A stretch of 63,552 bases of DNA, the filler included, from Chiloscyllium plagiosum (Eukaryota): NCBI RefSeq assembly GCF_004010195.1. It is 4 parts of one record of this genome, joined end to end, with 100 filler letters (N's around TTAATTAATTAA, not from the genome) between each part and the next. Parts side by side here need not be neighbours in the genome. Positions count along the whole stretch, not along the records: positions 17,362 to 40,187 come from NC_057712.1; 3 more parts are not named here. One strand, written 5' to 3'. The translations under genes and the position numbers were made by a program. Shown piece after piece: positions 24,061 through 37,457 of this stretch (position 1 is its first letter; each line of letters begins with the position of its first letter). A model generated the notes under the pieces. The model was not told the DNA's origin. It saw only the letters and a list, made by a program, of their open reading frames with translations, and ran no database searches.

Positions 24061-25109
24061 GAGAAATCTAATAAGTTTTACCAGTTTTTTTGGTTCTTGT
24101 GACCTGTCCACAGTACATACTGGTAAATAATTGGGAAGTGACGTACCAGATGAGGCAACACATGAATTGGTGGAAACGGAGAGGTGAGGGCCAAAAATAG
24201 CTCTTTATAAACTGGTCTAATGTCCCAGAGAACTGAGGTAGATCTTCTAAGTAGCTGCTGTCAACATATACCCACCTCCATACCTGTCTCAATTTGATTA
24301 CACCCCTGTCCCAAATAGTTCTCAACATGAGCTGGTAGTGAAAATAGTCTAAAATGTTTTGTTGACAGTTAGTGTTAAAAGGACGCTAAATCTTCCCCAT
24401 GATCTAGGTTGGTCAACAGAGTAAAATAAATACCAAAAGGTGGGAGGGAGGCAGCTACCTTTATGTGGTCCTGTTAAAGTGAGTTTTCCAAACTGAGAAA
24501 CTCAAAACTAATTCTTTTAATAAAGCGACCAAATCTTAACTAACAATGGTCCAAGAATTAAAACCTAGAGCGTGAATCTTAAATGGAACTGATAATATCT
24601 CCTAAGGAGGAAGAGTCAACGTTTTGCACACTGCTGCATTTGCCTGTTCTGCTCAATAGTAGAGTGCTGCTGTTCAACCTTGCTTAGGAGCTGCTAAGCA
24701 AATGTGGTCGATGTGAAACTCAGCATGGGATTACATCTGGGATGCTGGGAAAAACATAGATTAAATGGCTTCCTGTGTGATAGCATTTATTGAACTTCCT
24801 CATGTCCAAAAGGAAACAATGCTCCTCAAAGAATAAGACCAACTGACAGCTAACAAAGGATTCCATTACAATCACAGTAATGGTACAGCTGGACATTTCA
24901 TTCTGCCTTCATAGATAATGCTCTGACCTTGTTTAATTAGTTAATATGTGGTTAGTCACTGAGACAGATTCCCACAAGGCTACAGATTTTCTTGACCAAC
25001 AGAACAGAAGTTTATTATACAAATGACATTTTTAAAAAAGTCATCAATATCAAAGACTGTTAGCAAGATTTAAAGCATAAAATTTCTACTTGTTTCCAGA
25101 CAATATTCT

Positions 25110-25609
25110 NNNNNNNNNNNNNNNNNNNNNNNNNNNNNNNNNNNNNNNNNNNNNNNNNNNNNNNNNNNNNNNNNNNNNNNNNNNNNNNNNNNNNNNNNNN
25201 NNNNNNNNNNNNNNNNNNNNNNNNNNNNNNNNNNNNNNNNNNNNNNNNNNNNNNNNNNNNNNNNNNNNNNNNNNNNNNNNNNNNNNNNNNNNNNNNNNNN
25301 NNNNNNNNNNNNNNNNNNNNNNNNNNNNNNNNNNNNNNNNNNNNNNNNNNNNNNNNNNNNNNNNNNNNNNNNNNNNNNNNNNNNNNNNNNNNNNNNNNNN
25401 NNNNNNNNNNNNNNNNNNNNNNNNNNNNNNNNNNNNNNNNNNNNNNNNNNNNNNNNNNNNNNNNNNNNNNNNNNNNNNNNNNNNNNNNNNNNNNNNNNNN
25501 NNNNNNNNNNNNNNNNNNNNNNNNNNNNNNNNNNNNNNNNNNNNNNNNNNNNNNNNNNNNNNNNNNNNNNNNNNNNNNNNNNNNNNNNNNNNNNNNNNNN
25601 NNNNNNNNN
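25110..25609. other. Assembly gap (500 N)
   Basis: Run of N. Confidence 0.99.
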
Positions 25610-25839
25610 AGGATTCAGAGAGGGAATGTTTTCTGGAAGAGTGACAAGAAGCAAGCTCTCTACAAAATGTCCATCACACCACAGCTTTCAGAAAACTGTG
25701 CTTTTATGTTTACCTGATTCAAGAGCAATGCCAAAAGCAAAGTAAACTCAGTATGGAGGTATTCCCAAAGCTGAAACCTCAGTTGGAAGCAAATATCTCA
25801 ATATTGCTTTCTGTTACAGGATTTTCTGACATCAACACT

Positions 25840-26560
25840 TTTTCAGGCAGTAAGTTCCTAAAACTTCTGTGTGAAAAAGATTCTCCTCAACTCTCCTTTT
25901 AGCCCTTTACATTATGCCTTCCATTAAATCAATGCTCCTGGTTAATAATCCCTCTATTAATGGAAAAATGTGCCTTCCTATCCACCCTATCTATACTCCT
26001 CATCATCGTATATACCACTATCAAATCCTGTCTCAAACTTCACTGCTCCAAAGAAAACAAATACAAATCTGTCCAATCTTGCCCCATAACCCAAGTAACA
26101 TCCTGGTAAATCTCTGTTGCACCCTACTTCGTACAATCACATTCTTACTATCATGTAGAACTGCACATGATACTCCAGTTATGGTCTGACCAACATTTCA
26201 TTCAGTTTCATTCTAACCTTTCTTCTATTGTATTCCATTGCCTTGGCTAATAAAGATAAATATCCCATATGCCTTCCTAACTACTTTACCTATCTGCCCA
26301 ACTATCTGCAGAGATCTGTGAATATGCTTACTAAGGTCACTCTGATCTTGAGTACTATTCCAGGTTTTACCATTCACAGAATAATCTCCAGCTTTCTTTG
26401 CCATCCCAAGTATATAAAGTCATACTTTTTGTTGTTGAATTCTACTACACTGTCCATCTGACCAGTATGTTGCTATCCTCCTGCAATTAATGGCCAGCCT
26501 GCTTATTATTTACCACTGTATCAATTTTAATGTCATTTCCAACCTTCTTCATCATATTCT
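25840..26560 (-). mobile_element. Old CR1 3' fragment
   Basis: aacatcctggtaaatctctgttgcaccct and neighbouring blocks match other minus-strand CR1 copies. Confidence 0.75.
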
Positions 26561-28699
26561 TGTTATATTGAAGTCCAGAATCCTGAAACTCCCTTGCTAA
26601 CAGCATTATGACAGTGCACACACAGTAAGGATTCCAGTGGTTCATTAGTGCATCTTCTAAAGGCAACTAGAGATGGCCAATTAATCCGGCAGCCCATGAT
26701 ACCCACATCCCATAAAAAGACTCCATCATTTGCAAATGCACCAAGATGCTGAAGTTTGTCCCAATTTCCATTCTTTTCCATTTTTTGTCATATTCACAGT
26801 GGTTACTCATTTTGCCTAGAATTTATTTTATGCAAATACAGCAATTTGTTCCTTTGGTGCTACCTGGGACTGTCTGCTAGTTTGTCAGATCCTTTGTCTC
26901 CGAACTTCCACCACGTGTGTGGAGATCAAAGGTCATGCATTTTAGAAGAGACAGTGGGATGATTAGAGGATTTTGAGGTAGTCAGAATGTTTGAAGGCTG
27001 TGAGCAGTCTTGGCTGATCTATCCTATTACCAAAACAGAACTGACAGCTCTTCTCTAATTTCTTCATCTCCTGTTGTCTCCTTGGTGGCTGTACCCAGAG
27101 ATGCAGAGTTTCTTCCTCATGCCCTTCCTCTCCCTATGACACTTATGGGTGATCTTTTCCTCTGCAACGAGAACTTAGAAATATTGGTGAATAATTTTCT
27201 CACACACGTAGACATTCCATTCTTTCCGATTTGGTAATTTGTTTACTTTTCATTTAACTCTGCAGGAAATGGGAGAGGGAACAGTGAACTGAGAAAGTGA
27301 GGTACTTTTGGGTGCTGCTGAGAACTCACACTTATAATAATATTCTCACTCATTTCTTCAATCACACAACGCTGTCACAAATCAAGTCATGTTTCCGGCA
27401 TTATTTCAGGATTAGCAATGAATACTTTATTGCTACTAAAATGCTGTTGAAAATGATACTGAGTATGTGTAGTGGCGTCTCTTTCCATGTTTCCTGTCAT
27501 CACTCTTTCTTAATATTTCCTGTTGAGTGTGAAACGCCTTTCTTTTATCTCATTCAATGTTACCGCCATTGAAGCTTCCAGGAATTTTGGAGCCTTGGTC
27601 ACAAAGAATAGTTCTTGTTGGTTTGTTCTCTGCCTTCTCATCTACTACTCTTGCTGCTGGTTTCTGGTCATCTTTTCCCTCTACATTTTTGGTGAACGAA
27701 AGGAATTCCAGCCAGAACATCTGCAAATCACTGAATCATAGAAACTGACTGTCTTAATAACTGACTATCATCTTCTTCAATCCAAATACTCACATGGGCA
27801 TTTGTCAGCAAGAATGATATGAACATAGAAACAAAGACAGGCAGATAAAAAGGAAAGAAAGCTCCATCATCCAAACAGCTTGTACCACAGAGTTGTGATA
27901 CCTTCTATATTCTAAGAAATACAATTTCCACTCCAAATAAACCATCATTTTTACTGGAATGTAATCAAAGAATGGGGAAACCCTACTAATCTTTCTCCTG
28001 TCTAGGAACATACTGAAGCCACTGCAGTTCTCTGTTGTGGCTCCCTTTGTGACAACTAACCACGAGATGGGAAATTGAAGCACAAAGATTAATTCCAATT
28101 TATTTCTGTAACATATTGAAAATGTGTAAATTGCTTTTGCTTCTAGAATTTAATGTTATTTTTTGTTAAATTCCTTCCTTTACCCAGACATCTATTTCAT
28201 TAACAATGTGTCTGTTATACCATATATAACTGCATGTATCTACATACTCATTTGAAATTACCATCCTATAACCAAATTTTAAAAAGAAATGTCAATTAAA
28301 TGCAAGTAAAATTAAGTATTAAACAAAAATACTTTACCTTAATCCAGAATGATGACATGGATAACATTGTGAGCTGAATGTGCTGAATAGTCATTTGTTG
28401 TAATTTCTGCAACATTGATAATCTCTCAGCATTATGTTAGACTATTTTAAAGCAGTGAAGAGAAAATGAGGTCTGCAGATGCTGGAGATCAGAGATGGAA
28501 ATGTGTTGCTGGAGAAGCGCAGCAGGTCAGGCAGCATCTAGGGAACAGGAGAATCGACATTTCGGGCATTAGCCCTTCTTCAGGAATGAGGAAAGTTTGT
28601 CCAGCAGGCTAAGATAAAAGATAGGGAGGAGGGACTTGGGGGAGGGGCGTCGGAAATGTGATAGGTGGAAAAAGGTCAAGGTGAGGGTGATAGGACAGA

Positions 28700-28905
28700 C
28701 CTGGAGTACTGTGTGCAGATTTAGTTTCCTTAATTAAGAAAGGATGTACTGGCACTGGAGGGGGTGCAGAGGAGGTTCACTAGGTTGATTCCGGAGTTGA
28801 GGGGATTGGCTTATGAGGAGAGGCTGAGTAGACTGGGATTATAGTCATTGGAATTCAGAAGAATGAGGGGGGCGGATCTTGTATAAACATATAAAATTAT
28901 GAAGG
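28700..28905 (+). mobile_element. CR1 fragment inside or adjacent to the Penelope element
   Basis: LEYCVQ...LALEGVQRRFTRLIPELRGLAYEERLSRLGL. Confidence 0.85.
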
Positions 28906-29343
28906 NNNNNNNNNNNNNNNNNNNNNNNNNNNNNNNNNNNNNNNNNNNNNNNNNNNNNNNNNNNNNNNNNNNNNNNNNNNNNNNNNNNNNNNNNNNNNNN
29001 NNNNNNNNNNNNNNNNNNNNNNNNNNNNNNNNNNNNNNNNNNNNNNNNNNNNNNNNNNNNNNNNNNNNNNNNNNNNNNNNNNNNNNNNNNNNNNNNNNNN
29101 NNNNNNNNNNNNNNNNNNNNNNNNNNNNNNNNNNNNNNNNNNNNNNNNNNNNNNNNNNNNNNNNNNNNNNNNNNNNNNNNNNNNNNNNNNNNNNNNNNNN
29201 NNNNNNNNNNNNNNNNNNNNNNNNNNNNNNNNNNNNNNNNNNNNNNNNNNNNNNNNNNNNNNNNNNNNNNNNNNNNNNNNNNNNNNNNNNNNNNNNNNNN
29301 NNNNNNNNNNNNNNNNNNNNNNNNNNNNNNNNNNNNNNNNNNN
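28906..29343. other. Assembly gap
   Basis: Run of N. Confidence 0.99.
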
Positions 29344-30269
29344 AGAAGGAGGCCATCTGTGTTGTGCGTTTTTGGAACTGGTCCTCCTGGGAGCAGATGC
29401 GGCGGAGTCGAAGGAATTGGGAGAATGGGATGGCATTTTTACAGGGGGCAGGGTGGGAGGAGGTGTAGTCCAGGTAGCTGTGGGAGTCGGTTGGTTTGTA
29501 GTAGATGTCCGTGTTGATCCGGTCGCCTGAGATGGAAATAGAAAGGTCGAGGAAGGGGAGGGAGGAATCTGAGACTGTCCAGGTGAATTTGAGGTCGGGG
29601 TGGAAGGTGTTGGTGAAGTGGATGAACTGTTCCACCTCCTCGTGGGAGAATCTGAGACTGTCCAGGTGAATTTGAGGTCAGAGTGGAAGGTGTTGGTGAA
29701 GTGGATGAACTGTTCCACCTCCTCGTGGGAGTAGTGGAGATACTGCCAGAAGTTATTATTTTTAAAAACTTTTCTAATGTAGTATGAAGATTATGCCATG
29801 AATGTGAAGTTTCTGGTATATTACATTACTGTCCCCTGTGTGAATATTTTTTACTTCAACTCATGTTAATATTCTCTATCAAGAAAGAGTTAATCTATGC
29901 ATTTATCTGAAATGTTTGGCTGTTATCTATGTTAAAGTTCAAAGGTTGGGGAATGGCTTTCTTAGTTGCATTTTAATGACAGGCATCTGCTGTTTAGGGT
30001 GCATTGAGTCTGCCCCAGAAACTTCCATCCAAAGTCAGTCAAACTAAGAGGAGCACTCAGAGACATGTGCCAAATTGTTTTTTTTTGTCCCATTGGATCC
30101 TTTTGTAGGGCTAAAACCTTGCCCAATGTTTCTGAGGTCTTCATGGATCCAACCACATCCCAAAGCTAGACTTGAGGATGAAATCTACTACTTCCATTTA
30201 TTTAACTGTTGCATAAGACAATTACTATTTGAAAGTTCAAAATCATTGGAGGCTATTTTTGCAGCAATC

Positions 30270-30480
30270 AAACCTTCAATATTCCAAGGTGCTTCAAGGG
30301 ACCATTGTGAACAAAGTACGGCAATGGCCCACATAAGGGGCTATAAAGGCAAATGACCAAATGTCTGGTCAAAGAGGGAAGTTTCAAAGAGTGCCTTCAA
30401 GGAAGAAAGTGAGATGGAGAGGCCTAGGAAAAGTATTCCAAAGTTTGGGGCCAAGGCAACTGTTGCCATGGCCAGCAATT
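30270..30480 (-). mobile_element. L2-type LINE 3' fragment
   Basis: ccaaggtgcttca...tgaccaaatgtctggtcaaagag...ttccaaagtttggggcc resembles L2 3' ends; recognised from memory only. Confidence 0.5.
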
Positions 30481-31944
30481 TCACTACAAGTGGCTGTCTG
30501 AAGATCTTCATGTGGTTGATTCCAATTTAATTCTGCCAGCTGACTTTCATAAAATATATTGCATGCCATTTTGGTATCGATTGTTTAATTTAATGCATTC
30601 TCTGAGGTAACAAGTGCTGTGTGGATTTTGGATGGCTACTTTTACTTTTCACTTGCGACTGATGTTATAAGCAGGCCTTTAGAAACACACTAGGAAGCTT
30701 TCAGGGACCGCGTACTAGGATTCATCAATAGTCCATCAACATTTGTTCTGGATGTTCTGAGGACTTCACATGAAAATTATTATTGTATTGTTATTGTATT
30801 CTATTGAAGAATTTATTGACATCACTAGGAGTGCATGGCCATGCAGGACACGAGGCTAGGCAGAGCAGAGCCAGTTACTGCAGGAAAGTGAAATGGTATA
30901 AGATATCTCACTCTGTGTCCAGTCCATCTCTACCAGACCTTCAGTGGTGTGTGTGAGATCATTTTTGCCCTCTTCCTCCGGCCCCAGAGGTATCCTGAAA
31001 TGTTCTTTTGTACCATTTCATTAAAAGTACGTAATCCCACTTTTATTGTTCCAGCAAAAAAAACTTCTGATCAATATTTGAATATTAAATTTGTAGGAGT
31101 CTGTTGTAGCAAGTACAGGCAAGTTAAAAGTATGGAAATCAGTAATTAAGACCAAAATTCACATGTAGATCAAAAGCCTGTTGAACTGAGCTATGAATAT
31201 ACTCAATGGCTCAGTCTCTATTAGTCTCTGTGGTAGAGAGTTCCAAAAATTAACAACTGTGCCAGAGAAGAAATTCCTCCGCATATCTATCTTAAAGGAT
31301 GGCCTATTATTGTGAAACTGTGCCCCCTTGTTCTCAAATGTCCCATGAAGAGAATCACTGTCTCATCATCTACTCTGACAACTCACAAGGTTTTATATTT
31401 CCTTCCATTCTTTTTGAACTCCAATTAGTACAAGGTCCAACTTGCTCAGCTCTTCCCCTCATCCCAGGAATCAACCCAATAAACCTTCTCTGAATACAAT
31501 TACAAATGAATCCCAACTAAAATAAGGAGCTCAAAATTGTACTCAATGCTCTTGGTGTGGCCTCACCAATGCCCTGTATAGTAATAGCAGGATTTCCCTG
31601 CTTTTTGTACTCAATCTCCTAAACAATAAAAGTGAAAATTATGTTTACCATCATAATTATTTGCTGTATTGGCAAGCTAACTTTTTCTTGTATAAGAATA
31701 CTCAAATGCCTATGTACTGCAGTATTTTGAAGACCATTTAAGTAAATATGCAGATTCTCTAATTTTCTTTTTCCCACCCTGTTTTGAGTTGTTCTGCCTC
31801 CTAGTGGCCATCCTTTCATTGGCCTCAATGTGGCCTCTTAATGAGTCTGATTATCTACTCAGTGCTTGTGGGCAATAGCTCCACTGGTCCTTAAATCAAC
31901 TTCAGCAAATTGACCAAGCAACAGAATGCAGCAATGAAGACCCA

Positions 31945-33012
31945 GTCGTAGAGTCCTATGCCATGGAGACAGGCCCTTTGGTCCAAAATGGTCCATTCGG
32001 ACCAAAATGCCCATCCACGCTAACCCCATTTCCCTGCACTTGCCTCATATCCTTCTAAACCTTTCCTATCCATGTTTTTGTCCAAATGCCTTTTAGATGT
32101 TGTTAATGTATCCATCTCAACCACTTCCACTGGCAGCTCATTCTAATATGCACACTACCCTCGCTGTAAAAGAGTTGCCCCCTCAGGTTCCTTTTTATTC
32201 TTTCCCCTCTAACCTTAAACTGATGCCCTTTAGTCCTTCATTCCCCAACCCTGGGCAAAAGACTGAGTACATTCACTCTATCCATACCTCTCATGATCTT
32301 ATACATTTCTATAAGATCCCCCCCTCAGTCTTCTTCGCGCTAAAGAAAAAGTCCTAGCTTGTCCAACCTCTGTCTAAACTCAGACCATTGAGTCCTGGCA
32401 TCATCCTTGTAAATTTCTTCTGTACTCTTTTCAGTTTAACAACATCCTTCCTATAGAAAGGTTACCAAAACTGAACACAATGCATCAAGATGCAGCATCA
32501 CCAACGCCCTGTACAACTGCAATATAACATCAATGCCTTGACTGATGAAGGCCAGTGTGCCAAAAGGCTCCTTCACTTCTCTGCCTACTTGTGATTCCAC
32601 TTTAAGACAACCATGCACCTGAACTCCAGAATCCCTCTGTTCTTAAGGCCCTACCATTCACCATGAAAGTCCTGCCTTGATTTGACTTTCCAAAATGCAG
32701 AGTGTCACACTTACCTATATTAAGCTCCATTTGCCATTTCTTGGCCCACTTCCCCAGCTGATCAAGTTCTTGTTGCAATTTCTCAGCCTCCTTGGCCCAC
32801 AAGCATCATTCATAATGAAGGGCTTATGCCTGAAACATCGACTCTCCTGCTCCTCGGATGCTGCCTGACCGGCTCAGCATTTCCAGCACCACACCCTTGA
32901 ACTGCAATTTCTTTAACCTTCCTCACTGTCCAGATTACCTCCTATTTTAATGTCATCTACAAACTTACTAATCATGTCTCGTATATTCTCATCCAAATCA
33001 CTGATGTAGTTA
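31945..33012 (-). mobile_element. CR1 3' fragment
   Basis: LQQELDQLGKWAKKWQMELNIGKCDTLHFGKSNQGR plus 3' UTR. An older CR1 piece lies at ~31200-31770. Confidence 0.9.
32784..32902 (+). mobile_element. Family A Penelope terminal-repeat mini insertion in CR1
   Basis: 10-bp TSD tgcaatttct (32774-32783, 32903-32912); decayed core ataatgaagggcttatgcctgaaacatcgac. Confidence 0.85.
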
Positions 33013-35234
33013 ACAGTCTTTAGTAGTTCAAGAAAGCAGCTCACAATTATATTCTCTGAGGTGTGTAGGAGTGGGTAATAAATGCTGGCCTGTCAGCAAT
33101 GCTCACATTCTGTGACTTAATGAAAATGTTGCCTGGCCAGTGGGATGATTTTTAATTCCAGCCTGCAATTAATCAGGTCCCCTGTGGGGTTAAGAAAATC
33201 CAGCCATGATGTCAAGCTTGTATTTTGGTCAATGATTTTAAACGCAAGAAAATAGTATAATCTTTCATTTTTATGCTTTAAACTCATGGGATTACTTCAG
33301 ATGTGCATTGCAGAAACAGGCCATTAGGCTCAATATATCCATGTTGGTACTTATGATCTACCAGGTCCTGCTATCAACTTTACTGATTTAGTATTTCTTT
33401 TTCAAGTTTAATTTGGCAATATCTAGTTCAAAAACGTGAGTCCTGTCCACAAGCAGTGAACTAGATTAATGGTTTTATTCTATTGTGCATGAAATAACAA
33501 AGATGTTTTGCTCTCAATGCTCTCCTAATTACAGGATGGGAGCAAAACAGAATGCAATGGCTCAAATGCAATTTCTTGTCAATAGCTCAATGACACATTT
33601 GCTGGTTGTATCTATTAAACATTCTGTAACTTTCTGAGACACTTTTACCGCAAAAGAAAGTCAGCCTCAAGGTTGCAACATATCCGTACAACTAATTTTT
33701 CTATTAAAGGTCAAATGGAATCTGAAAAGTAAATGTATCAGCAAAGAATGTTGGAAATGTTCATCAGATTAGGTGTCACTTCTAGGGAGAGAAACTGAGA
33801 TATTGCCAGAATTCTCTAAGGAGTGGCAGTGATGAGTGGGACCATGGCTTCATTTGAAGATTTTGCCAAATTGACTCTTCTGTGCATTTCATCCATAATT
33901 TTCAGACCCAGCTGTGAAACAAAAATGCAGTGCAGCTCCCCTGAAGAGCTCAGTCAGGATGGAACAGAGTCAGGGAATGGAAGAGAACACCTCCTTTTCA
34001 CAGTATGAAAGAATTTACAGATAACGACAAGGTACCTGATGATATTGTACTCTAACATGGACAGAGCAGAAGAGATCATATGCCAGAGAGCTGCATTCAG
34101 TTCTTTGTAATGTGTAGATCTAAATAAAGAGTTTACAGTACTGAAGAGAGAAAGAGAACTTTCCTCTTGGATAATGACAAGCTAAACTGATAGAGGAAGG
34201 GTAACCAGTAAGTGTAAAGCTTTTAAGAAAGTATGTGCAGCCACATGTGTAACTCAAAGATTCTCAGGAGAAGCATCTAATTCTGGCAAATTGAAGCCAG
34301 CAGAAAAAAATAGAATAAAGCACTTTAACAGCACCAGTAACTGTACAATGAGTTTGGTTATTTAATATAGTGAATGGATGAATGAAAGGGTAAATGGATA
34401 AACGGCTGAATGGATGTTGGTGATTGTGTGAACGGTTAAGTGGGTATGAGAATGACAGAGTAGGCCAGATAAGTGGGTAGATTGGGGGATGTAGGGTGGT
34501 AATGATCTGGGTAGGTGGGTGAGATGGTAAGTGATTGGCATGGTCAGGTCAAGTCGCCATTAAGGTCAGGTTGTGGATATCGTCCAGTGATTGAGTGAGG
34601 CAAAAGTCAGGTTGGGGTGGAATCTAGTTAGGTTGAGGGGGAAAATCAGCTGGTTGAGGGGTCTTTGGGTCAGGGCTGGAAGTGTACAGATTGTCAGGAT
34701 TGTCGGATCAGATCTGATTGGGATTGACAAGTGATCAAAAGGCTAGTTTATGTGGATTGAAGGGGGTTGATTTGGGCTGGCAGCTGCGAATGCTGTCTAT
34801 AGGTTCTTGCAAATTGTTTAAATAAATAAAACCTGATTTTATCCCTTCTTCAGTGTTGTTGGTGCTGCACTCATCCTGTGGTCCGGTGCATACCTGACTT
34901 GTGCCTTGTAGAAGATGGACAGGCTCTGGATAATCGGGAGGTGAGTTACTTGCCACATGCCAATTTTTAGTGGCATTTGTAATAAAAAAGATATCCACTG
35001 TTTCAAAAAAGCTGACATTCATATCTCCTGGTAGTTGCAAGTCAAAGGTACCTGTTTTGTGTATTTCTACAGTAAGGGACTGATAACTGCCCCTTAAAAC
35101 TTAATGAGAAACATGAATACATACACTATTGATACCCAATAACAACGCAATAATCACATTGAATATTTCAGGTAATTGAATCATGGATATTCTAACTCTG
35201 AAGGAATGTTTGTTTTTTCCTGCTGCACAACACA

Positions 35235-37020
35235 AAGAAAGAACAAAGAGCAAAGAATAATCCAGCCCAGGAACAGGCCCCTTGGCCTTCCATACATTTT
35301 GCCCTCCCATATTAAAACTGTCTCCATTTACAGGATACATATCCCTCTATTTTCTTCCTATTTATGTATTTCTCCAGGTGTTTCTTGAATGTTACAATTG
35401 TGTCTGCTCCCACCATCTCCTCTGGCAGCACATTCCAGGCACTCACCACCTTTTGTGTGAAAAACACGGCTCACACGTTTTTTTTTAAACATTCCCCCTC
35501 CCCTTCACCTTGAACCTGTGTCCTCTAGTAATTGACTCTTGCACCTGGGGGAAAAAGCCTCATACTTTCCACACTGACCATACCATTCATAATCTTATAA
35601 GTTTCTATCATGTTGCCCAACAACCTCTTGTGTTCCAGTGAAAGCAAACCCGTCTATCAAACCTTTCCTCATAGCTAAAATCTTACATACCAGGCAACAT
35701 CCTGGTAAACCTTTTCTGTATCCTCTCCAAAGCATTTACATCCTTCTGGTAGTATGGTGACCAGAACTGTATACAATATTCCAAGTGTGGCCGAAATAAA
35801 GTTTGAAAAGCTGTTGCATAATTTGGCTATCCTTATACTCAATGCCCCTTCCAATGAAGGCAAGCATACCATAGGCCTTTTTTAACCACCTTAACAACTT
35901 GTGCTGCCGCCTTCAATGATTTGTGACCTGCACACCCAGATCCTTCTACATAACAATACTGTTAAGGGTTCTGCCATACACTGTATAATTTCCATCTGTA
36001 TTTCACCTTCCAAAATGCATCACCTCACATTTTTCCAGATTAAACTCCATCTGCCATTTTTCTGCCCGTGCCTTCAACTGAGCTATATCCTGCTGTATTG
36101 TCTGACAGTCCTCCTTGCTATCTGTAACTCCACCAATTTCATATTGTCCACAAACTTATTAATTAGACCAGCTATGTTTTCCTCCAAATCATTTGAGTGG
36201 ACCATGAACAGCAAAGGACCCAGCACATTTCCCTGTGGAACATCACTTGTCACAAAACCCCATTCCAAGAAGCATCCCTCCACAGCTACCCTCTATCTCC
36301 TAGGACTAAGCCAGTTCTATATCCATCTTGCCAGCTCACCCCTGATACCATGTGACTTCATCTTTTGTACCAGTCTGTCATGAGGGACCTTGTCAAAGGC
36401 TTTACTCAAGTCCATGTTGACAATATCAACCACTTTTCCCTCAACAATCCGTCACCTCCTCAGAAAACTTGATAAAATTAGTGAGGCACAACCTCTCCCA
36501 TACAAAACCATGCTGTCTATTGCTAAGAAGTCCATTTGCTTCTAAATGCGTATAGATCTTGTCTCTGAGAATCTTTTTCCATTAATTTCTCGACCACTGA
36601 CATGAGGCCCACAAACCTGTAATTTCTTACATTATCCCTGCTATCCTTCTTAAACCATGGGACAACATTAGCTAATCTCCAGTCCTCTGGGACCTCAGCT
36701 GTGATCAAAGAGAATACAAAGATATCTGATAATGCTCCAGCAATTTGTTTTTTTGCCTCTCTCAATATTCTGGAATAGATCCCATCAGAACCTGGGAACT
36801 TGTCTACCTTAATAATTTTTTAAGACTTCCAGCACCTCTTCCTTTTTAATAGCCACTTGGTTTAGAAATTTGACACTCACTTCCCTGAGATCATTCTCCA
36901 CCAATTTCTTCTTTTGTGAATACATTTGTTTAGGATCTTGCCTCCCTCCTCTGGTTCCATACAAAGATTCCCTCCTTTGTCCTTGAGTGGGCCAACCCTT
37001 TCCCTGGCTACCTTGTTGGC
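35235..37020 (-). mobile_element. CR1 ORF2 RT relic
   Basis: VPEDWRLANVVPWFKK..NYR, VTSDVPQGNVLGPLLF, KFVDNMKL (decayed FADD). Confidence 0.92.
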
Positions 37021-37361
37021 ACAAAAGTGTTAACAAGCTGCCAACAGGCAACTTGGGCATTCTTGTTAAACAACAGGCAGCATACTTTAATTGTCAGTTA
37101 ATGAAGTGAACAATATTTGTGTCTTAATCAGTGACTCTTCTAATGCAAGGATGCAACAAACTTGTGAAGAAAACCATTTATTATTGCAAATGCTGATATT
37201 CTGATTTTTTTATATATTTGACCCTTATTTTATTGATTCACATTTTTAAAACTTCATATGGAATTTTCTCTGTAGAAATCGTGCTAGGTATAGTGTTAGA
37301 GATTTGACAATGTATTTGTGGAATAACACAGCATAGTTTCTTGTTTGGCTAAGAGCTAATC

Positions 37362-37457
37362 CTAAATTCCTGAAGAAGGGCTTATGCCCGAAATGTCGAT
37401 TCTCCTGTTCCCTGGATGCTGCCTGACCTGCTGTGCTTTTCCAGCAACACATTTTCA
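37362..37457 (+). mobile_element. 96-bp hammerhead-bearing family A mini insertion
   Basis: 14-bp TSD gctaagagctaatc (37348-37361, 37458-37471); motif attc CTGAAGA aGGGCttatGCCC GAA ATGT C gatt at 37366-37401. Confidence 0.9.

Larger units (their letters stand above)
28464..29730 (-). mobile_element. Penelope-like element (family A): RT C-terminal region and terminal repeat, spanning a gap
   Basis: FHPDLKFTW..SLPFLDLSISISGDRINTDIYYKPTDSHSYLDYTSSHPAPCKNAIPFSQFLRLRRICS (PLE RT/thumb); terminal repeat 28464-28700 with hammerhead motif 28552-28587; possible decayed TSD agcagtgaagaga/agtagtggagata. Confidence 0.9.

Noticed and set aside
25070..25654. Long ORFs spanning N runs (also 28811-29718)
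   Set aside because: Their length comes from gap characters; only the PLE RT portion is real.
34370..34730. G/T-rich low-complexity tract
   Set aside because: No regular period or recognisable family.
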